A stretch of 64,000 nucleotides of DNA from an uncultured delta proteobacterium (GTDB taxonomy: Bacteria > Myxococcota > UBA727 > VGSZ01): positions 160,001 to 224,000 of the forward strand of contig CAVZJB010000006.1 of NCBI GenBank assembly GCA_963775425.1, read 5' to 3'. Below are positions 63,999-64,000 of this stretch, one piece after another. Position 1 is the first letter of the stretch. Each line of letters starts with the position of its first letter. The notes under the pieces are model-generated. The model made no database searches. It had not been told where the DNA came from and worked only from the letters and a program-made list of their open reading frames with translations. The position numbers and the translations under genes were made by a program.

Positions 63999-64000
63999 CG

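Noticed and set aside
1-64000. tRNA/rRNA genes
   Set aside because: No cloverleaf or rRNA-like segment recognised by eye; tRNAscan-SE or Infernal would be needed to exclude them.

Overview
Very GC-rich bacterial chromosomal window. It is most consistent with a Myxococcota/deltaproteobacterial lineage, based on the (Glu-Gly)n linker lipoproteins, a MYXO-CTERM-like tail, paired membrane Ser/Thr kinases and sigma54 elements. Recognisable content: an nfeD-SPFH-SPFH operon, the glyoxylate shunt (aceB-aceA) divergent from a RamB/ScfR regulator, MarR-MFS-RluA, SDR plus a TIGR02452 PARG, a TolC/ABC/two-adaptor exporter, WS/DGAT, PBP1A, yceD...rpmF-plsX, asnS and several cell-wall hydrolases. No rRNA, tRNA, CRISPR array, integrase or intact transposase was seen. 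Six observations stand out. (1) A ~2.9-kb compositionally distinct segment is bounded by a 72-bp duplication of a gene's 3' end and carries a sigma54 activator, three palindromic enhancer sites and an unannotated 41-aa membrane protein. (2) A ~530-bp MITE-like element with CTAG duplication sits in the overlapping stop codons of two convergent genes and contains nested long inverted repeats around a transposase remnant. (3) A 30-bp hairpin tandem array has dispersed copies, one inside a CDS. (4) YceD is fused to a histone-H1-like tail. (5) A T3SS-like chaperone and a needle/translocator-like protein lie near a signal-less peptidoglycan peptidase. (6) Three single-base frameshifts may be assembly artefacts. 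All family calls come from motif recognition by eye; no database searches were run.
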